From contig BQXA01000006.1 in NCBI GenBank assembly GCA_036984345.1, positions 37,586 through 69,585 of the forward strand: a DNA stretch of 32,000 nt, in the 5' to 3' direction. This document shows, in pieces, positions 25,150 to 32,000 of this stretch. Position numbers and translations under genes: made by a program. How positions within the stretch are numbered: position 1 is the stretch's first letter; every line of letters starts with the position of its first letter. This stretch comes from Nitrospira sp. Its GTDB lineage: Bacteria > Nitrospirota > Nitrospiria > Nitrospirales > Nitrospiraceae. The notes beneath the pieces were generated by a model, which was not told the origin of the DNA, did no database searches, and saw only the letters and a list, made by a program, of their open reading frames with translations.

Positions 25150-25623
25150 ATGATGAAAGCCAAAGACGGGGTCCTAGACTTCCTCAATCAGGTTCTTAAG
25201 TCGGAGTTGACGGCGATTCACCAGTATCTGCTGCACGCGGCCATGTGCAAGAACTGGGGGTACGAACGACTACACGAATATTATCGCCATCTGGCGAATG
25301 AAGAGGTTCAACACTCCGCAGGTCTTATCGATCATATTCTTTATCTAAACGGTACACCCGCGGTAGCACAGATCGATGCCGTAACGCACGGGGACGATGT
25401 GGCAGCTTTGTTTCGGGTAGACCTCGGATTTGAATGTGAAGATGTTGAGTTACTCCGCACTGCTATTGCGCACTGCACGAAAGTCGATGATTTTACGACA
25501 CGTCATCTACTGGAACACATGATTCAAGATTCAGAAGAGCATGTCGATTGGTTTGAGACTAGACTTCGAACTATCGCTCAGATAGGCCTCGAACGGTTCC
25601 TCTCGGAACAGATCAAGAAATGA
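25150..25623 (+). CDS. bfr: Bacterioferritin subunit, ferroxidase type (Met52 replaced by Val)
   Basis: Collinear with E. coli Bfr when numbered from the second ATG (25153). E18, E51, H54, E94 and H130 are present, position 127 is Ser (with E128/E129 adjacent) and position 52 is Val. The start is ambiguous among TTG 25138, ATG 25150 and ATG 25153. Confidence 0.9.
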   Translation: MMKAKDGVLDFLNQVLKSELTAIHQYLLHAAMCKNWGYERLHEYYRHLANEEVQHSAGLIDHILYLNGTPAVAQIDAVTHGDDVAALFRVDLGFECEDVELLRTAIAHCTKVDDFTTRHLLEHMIQDSEEHVDWFETRLRTIAQIGLERFLSEQIKK

Positions 25624-25762
25624 GTCAGATACGCTTGAGCGATCCAGGGTGGACTTAGACTGTGAACAAGTGGTCACAACCTGTTTCAGATGCTGCCATG
25701 CCCATCAGCGTGGAAGCCATCTGTTATGATACCCACGGAATGCGCGAGGGCACATCTTGATC

Positions 25763-26479
25763 ATGACGTTGCGTGGACATATTGCATCTCTGCAGGTTGG
25801 CTTGCCGAGTACCCCCGAGTGCAAGGATGTCTGCATGTCTTTAAAGCAAACCTGGACCACAGGCTTTTTCAAACATCCCATTCGGGACCCCGTTTGGCTC
25901 GCCACACTTAACCTCGACGGGGATGGGCAGGCGGATCTTGAGAATCACGGCGGAGTTGACAAAGCGGTCAATGTGTATCCTATCGAGCACTACCCGTATT
26001 GGTCGCAAATCCTTTCGGTTCCCGAGCTTGTGCCGGGAGCTTTTGGTGAAAATTTTACGACTGAAGCTCTGTCCGAAGATGACGTATGCATCGGAGATAC
26101 ATTTGAGATCGGCGAAGCGCTGGTCCAGGTATCTCAACCTCGGCAACCATGTTGGAAGCTTGCCCGGCGCTGGGGCATACCGGACTTAGCCGTACGCTTC
26201 CAGAATACCGGTCGGACTGGCTGGTATTTTCGCGTGCTACGAGAAGGTTTGGTCCAAATTGATCAAGGAGTGGTCCTAGTCGCCCGTCCATTCCCACAGT
26301 GGACGATCGCGAGAGCTAATCTTCTGATGCATCATCAGACTGAGGACAGAGATGCAGCGCGTGAGCTTGCGAACTGCCCAGCCCTCTCATCTCGGTGGCG
26401 GATGAAATTGGGTAAGCGCGCTGACACTGGTGTGGTTGAAAGCCACTCCCCCAGGCTGTATGGACCACAGACGGATTGA
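25763..26479 (+). CDS. MOSC-domain protein (YiiM-like molybdenum-cofactor sulfurase C-terminal domain)
   Basis: The blocks 'DGDGQADLENHGGVDKAVNVYPIEHYPYW', 'GAFGENFTTEALSEDDVCIGDTFEIGEALVQVSQPRQPCWKLARR' (containing the invariant MOSC Cys) and 'TGWYFRVLREG' match YiiM-type MOSC proteins. Confidence 0.85.
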   Translation: MTLRGHIASLQVGLPSTPECKDVCMSLKQTWTTGFFKHPIRDPVWLATLNLDGDGQADLENHGGVDKAVNVYPIEHYPYWSQILSVPELVPGAFGENFTTEALSEDDVCIGDTFEIGEALVQVSQPRQPCWKLARRWGIPDLAVRFQNTGRTGWYFRVLREGLVQIDQGVVLVARPFPQWTIARANLLMHHQTEDRDAARELANCPALSSRWRMKLGKRADTGVVESHSPRLYGPQTD

Positions 26480-26557
26480 TTGTTGAACTGAGTCGATTTC
26501 TTTAGGCTACTGGCCCTCACACCCGACCAGCGTACTTCTGGTTCTACCATCAGAACA

Positions 26558-26601
26558 GTACGGGGCTGAACCACCTCTTACTGGATGGCCCAGCCCCGTA
26601 C
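26558..26601. terminator. Hairpin between the convergent MOSC and cycB genes (possible bidirectional terminator)
   Basis: GTACGGGGCTG/CAGCCCCGTAC forms an 11-bp perfect stem with a long (22-nt) loop. There are no clear U-tracts. Confidence 0.35.
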
Positions 26602-26642
26602 TTCAAGTCCACTAGCGAGAACGAGACTTTCTGAATTACGAC

Positions 26643-27236
26643 TTAATCGTCATCATCCTCGTCATCATCTGATTTCTTCTTGACCTCCTTTAGCACTGCA
26701 TGGCCTTGGGCAAGGCTTGCATTGAGGTCATTTTCCGGAACCTTCTTGTGAACCAGATTTTGATGGCAGTCGATACAGGTTGCCCCCTCGCTCTCCATCT
26801 TCGCATGGGCGGCCTTCGCAGAGGCACCCGGCGGCTTGGTGTTCTTATGGCAGGCTCGGCATGTCAAGCTGTCCCATTCTTTAAGCTTCATCCGAGCTCT
26901 AAAGGCAGCCTCCGGCCGATGTTCGTTGAACTTTTCAACGGTTGAATAATCAGTGGTGAATTCCTTGATCAGGAACGGCACACCATCAACCACATGGGTG
27001 TAGACCGCCTTATGGAAGTTGGCCAACCCTTGAGGCACATGGCAATCCTTACAACCAGGATCCATACCTAATGCACCCCAATGTGAAGACTTTTTCAACT
27101 CTTCATAGGGATAGATTTCAGAGTGACAACTTATACAAAACTCTGTTCTCGAAATCGCAGCCTCACCGCCAAAGACAACAGTGAGGAGCCCGATCCCGAG
27201 TGCGGCACCAGCAATTAACGTCCCAGTCTTAGCCAT
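26643..27236 (-). CDS. cycB: Tetraheme membrane-anchored cytochrome cM552 (NapC/NirT family)
   Basis: An N-terminal TM anchor and four CxxCH motifs (CISCH, CKDCH, CRACH, CIDCH). It lies 2 nt downstream of cycA. The C-terminal tail 'KKKSDDDEDDDD' is unusual. Confidence 0.9.
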   Translation of the reverse strand: MAKTGTLIAGAALGIGLLTVVFGGEAAISRTEFCISCHSEIYPYEELKKSSHWGALGMDPGCKDCHVPQGLANFHKAVYTHVVDGVPFLIKEFTTDYSTVEKFNEHRPEAAFRARMKLKEWDSLTCRACHKNTKPPGASAKAAHAKMESEGATCIDCHQNLVHKKVPENDLNASLAQGHAVLKEVKKKSDDDEDDDD

Positions 27237-27238
27237 TT

Positions 27239-27958
27239 CTAGTCGTCTCCACCGTTGTCAGCCTTCACTGGAGGCTTTGCGGTCTTCTGAAACTCCTCGT
27301 GGAACTTCGGAGTGGGTGGGCCAGTGAACGTGCCTGCCAATTTGAAATGCTCATGCAGGGCCTTGTCACTTCGAACGGATTTTTCAAAATCAAAGGCGTA
27401 TTTCTTGTCTACCTTTGGCGTGAACGGAGTGTACGGCTTCTTTGCACCCTTCCAGCCCGATCCTTCGTAATTAAGGTGGCAGGCATTACATTTCTCTTGA
27501 AATTCAAATTCCTGCCCCGCTTCTACAAGCTTTTCTCGATCCATCGTTTTCTGTGATTTCTCGAATGCCTCACCTGCTTTTCGATGGATTTTTCGATAGG
27601 CGCTGCCAGCGCCGTGGCAGGATTCACAACCGACATTCGTGACGAACTTTTCAGGCTCCTCGATCACATACCCACCTTCCTGCCCAAAGCCGTCTACGTG
27701 ACAACCGACACACTCTTTATCCGCCGTATAATCCTTCTTAGGATCAAGCTTTGCCTTCAGCTTAGCTTCCTTCCTAGTGTTCGGTTTCAACGACTCCATT
27801 GCCTTCCCATGGAGGGTCTTATCCCAGGATTCTCCCTGGCTTTTATGGCAGTTATAACACTTCTTTCGACCTTCAAATGTTCCTTGGGCTGAAGCCGTTC
27901 CAGCGACCGCTAGAAAGACCGCTGCAGCGACAAATGCAAACACCATTCGTTGAGTCAC
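27239..27958 (-). CDS. cycA: Tetraheme cytochrome c554
   Basis: Four CxxCH motifs (CYNCH, CVGCH, CESCH, CNACH). The sequence 'FEGRKKC.NCHK.Q..SW..T.H.KAMESLKPN..KEAK.KAKLDP.KDYT.DK.CVGCHVDGFGQ.GGY' is collinear with N. europaea c554 as I recall it. GTG 27958 has AAGGAG 5 nt upstream and yields the signal peptide MTQRMVFAFVAAAVFLAVAGTASA. Confidence 0.9.
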   Translation of the reverse strand: MTQRMVFAFVAAAVFLAVAGTASAQGTFEGRKKCYNCHKSQGESWDKTLHGKAMESLKPNTRKEAKLKAKLDPKKDYTADKECVGCHVDGFGQEGGYVIEEPEKFVTNVGCESCHGAGSAYRKIHRKAGEAFEKSQKTMDREKLVEAGQEFEFQEKCNACHLNYEGSGWKGAKKPYTPFTPKVDKKYAFDFEKSVRSDKALHEHFKLAGTFTGPPTPKFHEEFQKTAKPPVKADNGGDD

Positions 27959-28136
27959 AGCATCTCCTTTCCAATAAATGTATGATGGATATCGACTGAT
28001 TTTCTTACATGGTCCATGCACAAGCGCATAGTCATCCCAATCGTCACTCCACGAGGGAAACGGCTACAGTTTACCATGGAGAAACTCGCAACTGCTACCC
28101 TCATAATCGCTAATTGGATTAAACACCCGGGAAGGT

Positions 28137-29165
28137 CTAAGCGGATGGTATCTTAAAAACCCAATATCCGCCTTGTTTATGGACAACTTGCAAGGCCTCA
28201 AAATCTACCGGCGTAGAATTCATGAGGGGAAGCATATGAGCCAGTAAAACTTTACCCTTCTGAGTTTCATTCAGGAAGTACGCTCGAACAGACTTCTCAC
28301 TAAGTGACTGAAGCGTATAGGTGTTATAGCCGTTCTCCTTCATCCAGCCCTTCACCTGCCCAGCAAGACCATGGACATTACCGGTCAGTGGAAAGTCCTT
28401 AAAAGCCAGATCAATCCGATCCGGATACATCATCGCAAGCTTATAGAGATCCGCTGGATGCACAACGATGTAAGCTTCCCGTGAGCCGGCGACCTGCTTC
28501 AGCAGGTTGGCACCTTTCGAGGCCTCTGATGAGAGTGCGTCGGCGAACGTTTTGAATTTTTCCTGTTCCTCAGTAGCCCCTAGTGGACCCCAGAATTCAC
28601 GTTCGTATTCAGCAATCTCATCTGACCGGTCTTTCCAGTACGAGGGCACAATCAGTGGGTGGGCAAGGTACGAGGTGAACAGTGTGTCTCGTTTCGACAA
28701 TAATTTCAACTGCATCGAGGTATCCCACCATGCCAAAATTATTGCGTCCTTTGGCACATAATTCGCTATATCAGCCGCGAGTGTTCTCAGCTCGGAAAAA
28801 TCAACAGACGCCGTTACAATCGGTTCAGAAACCAGATTCTCCCAATTTAACAAAACGGAGTTACCAACGGGATTTTTCGTTTGATAGGCAATCGCCACAG
28901 GTTTCTCAAGTGATGGAACACGAAGCTCGTATTTACTAATTTTCAAATCCGGCCAAGCATCCAACTGAAGATGGGAAAACTGATTACTCGCCCCTTCCTC
29001 TACGAGCTGATAGGTATAGGCAGCGGGAAGAGGTTTGACCCACAGGTAGAGACACCACACCAGCAGAAAAAAGCCTCCCGTCACCAGGAGGATACCCAGT
29101 GACGGGAGGAATGTGATCCGGGACGGACGCGACATCGATTCCGGTACTGACGATGTCGCGTTCAC
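28137..29165 (-). CDS. haoB: HaoB, membrane-anchored partner of hydroxylamine dehydrogenase
   Basis: 342 aa with a single N-terminal TM ('ITFLPSLGILLVTGGFFLLVWCLYLW'). Its position between haoA and cycA is the conserved haoB (orf2) slot. The start is either GTG 29165 or ATG 29135. Confidence 0.8.
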   Translation of the reverse strand: MNATSSVPESMSRPSRITFLPSLGILLVTGGFFLLVWCLYLWVKPLPAAYTYQLVEEGASNQFSHLQLDAWPDLKISKYELRVPSLEKPVAIAYQTKNPVGNSVLLNWENLVSEPIVTASVDFSELRTLAADIANYVPKDAIILAWWDTSMQLKLLSKRDTLFTSYLAHPLIVPSYWKDRSDEIAEYEREFWGPLGATEEQEKFKTFADALSSEASKGANLLKQVAGSREAYIVVHPADLYKLAMMYPDRIDLAFKDFPLTGNVHGLAGQVKGWMKENGYNTYTLQSLSEKSVRAYFLNETQKGKVLLAHMLPLMNSTPVDFEALQVVHKQGGYWVFKIPSA

Positions 29166-29172
29166 GGCCTAC

Positions 29173-30879
29173 CTACTTCTGACGACGCCGCCAGCTGGCC
29201 ATCGCGAGCGTGCCTGCCAGCATCATGCCGCCGCCAATGCCCCCGAGGGAGAGCTTGCCGGTCTCGCTATCCAGATCGAGCAGACTGTGCTTCATCTGCC
29301 CTTCCAGCTTCGCGACGCGGGCCTGCAATTCCAGCTTCTCTTTCAGCCGCGTATCGTCGTCCATGATTTCTACATACGCCCGGTTCATGGCCGCCCAGCC
29401 GACCGTGTAGGTGTAGCCCCAGTACTGGTGGGCTAAGCTCACGTGCAACTGCACGAGGTGGTCTTCGGCCATTTCGAACAGCTTCAGCTCATTGGCCGCC
29501 GGGTTGTTCCCCTTCGACCAATAGATCTGGAAGAACTGTTCAAAGCCGTCTTGCACCGGCGCCGGCGGAGTCGGCCGGTTGGTCTTCTGGCCGGTCAACA
29601 GACCCGCCTTGTATTGCTCTTCGACGACATGATGGGCTTCGTCGTACTTATCCAAGCCGGAGAAGGTCCCATTGTCCATGAACTCCATCCAGGCTCGGGC
29701 ATAGGTTTCAGAGTGACAGTTGGTACAGGTCTTGATCCACGCATCGTTGCGCTTCTCCGACCATTCGGTCTTGATGTTCTCTCGAATGCCCGGCACGAAC
29801 GGATAGTTGGCCCAGCGCACTTTCCGCACGACGTTGTGGGCGATCTTGCCTTGATACTCCATGTGGCAGTATTGGCAGGTCGGCGCGGTCTCGGCCCCGT
29901 TCTTCATGGCTTCTTTAATCGGCACGTTGAAGTTCCAATGGTCTTTATCCCGCTGGTACTTCAAGCCATGCTTGGAGAGATTGTAGGCTTCCCAGTTGTT
30001 GTGGTCGGCCCCGCTATGGCACTGCGCACAAACTTCCGGCTTGCGGGATTCCGCCACCGAGAACTCATGCCGCGCATGGCAGGTGTCGCACTTGTTCTGG
30101 TTGACGTGGCAGCCGGTGCAGCCATCGGCGATTTCCCGCTGCGACATGCCCGCATACACGTCCACTTCGACGTTGGCTTTGTAGTCCAACGCATGGGACG
30201 GCCGGCCCTTCGGCCACTGATCTTTCGGCCAGATGATGGTGTCCCGCTCGGACTCCCGCTCGGCAAATTCCTGCAAGTGGCAGGTGCCGCAGGTGTCGGC
30301 GGTGGCCAACTTGATGTCTTTGCGGTGATCGGCTTTCTGCTTGGTGTTGATGTCGAAGTGGCAATCGATGCAGCCCACTTCCTTCAGCTTCTCGTTCTTG
30401 CCCAGCTTGCCCATCGAGCGCAGGTTCTCTTCGACGGCTTCGAGCTTGGCCTTCTTGTAGAACGTGGGATCTTTCGGGGTCAGTTTCCGGATCTTATCCA
30501 AGTTGGCATGGGTGCTCTTCTTCCACGCCACGACCCAGCCCGGCGACTCATCGGTGTGACACTTCACACACTCCTGCCGGCTCGCCACTTCCTTGACGGC
30601 TTGCGGCGGCTTGTAGAAGGTGTGCGGATCGAAATATTTGCTGAATGAGATCGGCTGCCAATATTGCCCGTACTTCCCTTTGCCCACGCCCTGTTCCGGG
30701 TCCATGTATCGCTTAATCAGGGCTTCGTACAGCTCCTTCGGCGACGCCGAGCGATCCAGCTTCAACGCCTCGTACGTCTCCTTCGGCACCGACGGAAAAT
30801 TCGCCTGCACGGGCGCGGCCAGCAAGCTCAGGCCGCAGACGACCATCGCATACCTCAGCACATCCTTCACGCTCACCAT
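29173..30879 (-). CDS. haoA: Octaheme hydroxylamine dehydrogenase/oxidoreductase
   Basis: Eight CxxCH motifs (CVKCH, CIDCH, CGTCH, CTGCH, CDTCH, CAQCH, CQYCH, CTNCH). The protein is collinear with N. europaea HAO, including '[10 protein letters not shown]', '[13 protein letters not shown]' and 'GYTYTVGW', the region of the P460 cross-linking Tyr. It ends in a C-terminal TM. ATG 30879 has AAGGAG 5 nt upstream and gives a normal signal peptide. Confidence 0.95.
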   Translation of the reverse strand: MVSVKDVLRYAMVVCGLSLLAAPVQANFPSVPKETYEALKLDRSASPKELYEALIKRYMDPEQGVGKGKYGQYWQPISFSKYFDPHTFYKPPQAVKEVASRQECVKCHTDESPGWVVAWKKSTHANLDKIRKLTPKDPTFYKKAKLEAVEENLRSMGKLGKNEKLKEVGCIDCHFDINTKQKADHRKDIKLATADTCGTCHLQEFAERESERDTIIWPKDQWPKGRPSHALDYKANVEVDVYAGMSQREIADGCTGCHVNQNKCDTCHARHEFSVAESRKPEVCAQCHSGADHNNWEAYNLSKHGLKYQRDKDHWNFNVPIKEAMKNGAETAPTCQYCHMEYQGKIAHNVVRKVRWANYPFVPGIRENIKTEWSEKRNDAWIKTCTNCHSETYARAWMEFMDNGTFSGLDKYDEAHHVVEEQYKAGLLTGQKTNRPTPPAPVQDGFEQFFQIYWSKGNNPAANELKLFEMAEDHLVQLHVSLAHQYWGYTYTVGWAAMNRAYVEIMDDDTRLKEKLELQARVAKLEGQMKHSLLDLDSETGKLSLGGIGGGMMLAGTLAMASWRRRQK

Positions 30880-30897
30880 TTCGACTCCTTCCGTTTG

Positions 30898-30919
30898 ATG
30901 GCCAGTGCGCACTGGCCAT
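30898..30919. promoter_or_regulatory. Perfect 22-bp palindrome in the haoA leader
   Basis: ATGGCCAGTGCGCACTGGCCAT is its own reverse complement. It ends 7 nt upstream of the haoA Shine-Dalgarno (minus strand). Confidence 0.6.
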
Positions 30920-31000
30920 ACCGTGGTCCTCTGGGATCTCAACTCTCTCCTCATTCAGCATCTTGTGTCGTCGTGATGCATCTCTCTATCACAGCGACAC

Positions 31001-31030
31001 CCGGTGGTGAAAGTAGAAAATCACCACCGG
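31001..31030. repeat. Inverted repeat / stem-loop upstream of haoA
   Basis: CCGGTGGTGA aagtagaaaa TCACCACCGG: 10-bp perfect arms with a 10-nt spacer. Confidence 0.6.
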
Positions 31031-31511
31031 ACTCGCCGACCCAGGCCAGAGCCTTCACAAGGAGATGAACTGCTGGAGCAGGCGTTCCAGCCTAACCCTG
31101 GGCTGGGATGTAAATAAGTAGCTAAACGAGCTCTCACAACCTTTTCCTCCATCCACGACTTGAATATCTCCAACAAGTAAACGAAGCAAATATCATTCCG
31201 CGCCTAGCGACACAGAGGTGGTATGCCTTCGCCGAATCTCCTGTCGAATGCCATGCTTCCACATGGGGCTAGAATCAGCTGGTGTACGCGACAAACGGAA
31301 TGCTTTCACTTCAGGCTGAGGCAGGATCACGACAGACCACGAATACTTCCAAGGTAGATCTATAGAAGGTTGTATCTAATTCGATTCAGTATCTGATTTG
31401 ATTCACAATATTAAGGCGAGACCTACGCCGGATCAGTGACAGCCGAGGTGGGGTGAACGTTCTTTCAAGCTATGCGATAGTTCTTGTGTCGCTCCAGGGA
31501 ATTCCTGCGCT

Positions 31512-32000
31512 TTACTCAGGCTCGTAGTTTAGGTTCGGAGAGAGCCATCGCTCGACAGTGCGGAGATCCATTCCTTTACGACCGGCATAGTCGTCGACTT
31601 GATCTTTTCCGATCTTGCCGACGGCAAAGTACTTGGCTTCAGGGTGGGCGAAATAGAACCCACTCACCGACGCTGCCGGCCACATCGCAAAACTGTCTGT
31701 TAGAGTGATACCGGTGTTTTTTTCCACTGACAACAGATCAAACAGTAACCGCTTCTCGGTATGGTCTGGACAGGCTGGGTAACCAGGCGCCGGGCGGATT
31801 CCACGGTACCGTTCACGGATGAGTTCCTCATTCGTCAACCGTTCATCCTTGCCGTAGCCCCATTCTTTCCTTACTCGTGCATGGAGATATTCCGCAAACG
31901 CCTCAGCTAGTCTATCTGCGAGCGCCTTCGCCATGATGGAATTGTAGTCGTCATGGTCTCGATCAAACCGCTTACAGACCTCGTCAAGCCCGATTCCGGC
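31512..32000 (-). CDS. metH: Cobalamin-dependent methionine synthase, C-terminal (reactivation domain) fragment; continues beyond window end
   Basis: '[33 protein letters not shown]...[17 protein letters not shown]...[34 protein letters not shown]' matches the MetH C-terminus. The frame stays open to nt 32000. Confidence 0.9.
   Translation of the reverse strand, partial: AGIGLDEVCKRFDRDHDDYNSIMAKALADRLAEAFAEYLHARVRKEWGYGKDERLTNEELIRERYRGIRPAPGYPACPDHTEKRLLFDLLSVEKNTGITLTDSFAMWPAASVSGFYFAHPEAKYFAVGKIGKDQVDDYAGRKGMDLRTVERWLSPNLNYEPE

Noticed and set aside
29443-30648. 401-aa plus-strand ORF.
   Set aside because: It is antisense to haoA, whose identity is unambiguous (eight CxxCH motifs). It is a shadow ORF of a GC3-rich gene with a low-complexity Gly/Arg/Val-rich translation.
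30880-30954. 25-codon N-terminal extension of haoA (track start 30954).
   Set aside because: The extension contains the 22-bp palindrome and precedes a strong AAGGAG-N5-ATG at 30879. That start gives a normal signal peptide aligned with Nitrosomonas HAO.
1-32000. Search for mobile-element boundaries, tRNA/rRNA genes and CRISPR arrays around the amo/hao island.
   Set aside because: I found no transposase- or integrase-like translations and no tRNA-like GTTCGAATC T-arm motifs. I also found no regularly spaced direct repeats and no long terminal inverted repeats. The island's foreign composition is the only HGT-type signal.

Overview
This 32 kb chromosomal segment appears to come from a nitrifier. 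By gene content and protein sequence it fits a complete-ammonia-oxidising (comammox-type) Nitrospira best. That attribution is inference from recognised protein families, not a database search. The layout runs as follows.

(1) 1-7.4 kb holds the 3' end of an M32 carboxypeptidase and an orphan Panacea/DUF4065-like ORF. An iron-uptake block follows: fur, a Fe(III) ABC transporter (binding protein, permease, ATPase) and exbB-exbD-tonB.

(2) 7.4-12.8 kb is a divergent locus around a 15/19 Fur box. One arm encodes an exported hypothetical protein plus the ApbE flavin transferase. The other arm encodes an unannotated 59-aa Com-like zinc-ribbon ORF, a porin-like outer-membrane beta-barrel, a lipoprotein, a secreted FMN-binding protein with an SGAT flavinylation core and a His-rich 4-TM protein. 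It is closed by a strong intrinsic terminator. I do not recognise this combination as a named system and rank it the best candidate for something undescribed.

(3) 12.8-18.4 kb holds an HD-GYP phosphodiesterase, a di-heme CCP/MauG-family lipoprotein, a small zinc-ribbon ORF, a delta-60-repeat beta-propeller lipoprotein and a polytopic membrane protein.

(4) 18.7-30.9 kb is the ammonia-oxidation island. On the minus strand it carries haoA-haoB-cycA-cycB, three tandem AmoD/AmoE/PmoD-family paralogs and amoC-amoA-amoB. On the plus strand it is interrupted by two complementary bacterioferritin genes and a MOSC (YiiM-like) gene.

(5) The 3' end of metH runs off the window.

The most notable points are:
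- a compositional mosaic in which only amoC and haoA are GC3-rich;
- perfect palindromes upstream of haoA and amoC;
- subfunctionalised Bfr subunits;
- a MOSC gene sitting between amo and hao.

I saw no rRNA, tRNA, CRISPR array, transposase or integrase. All family calls come from reading the translations. No alignments, HMM searches or folding programs were run.
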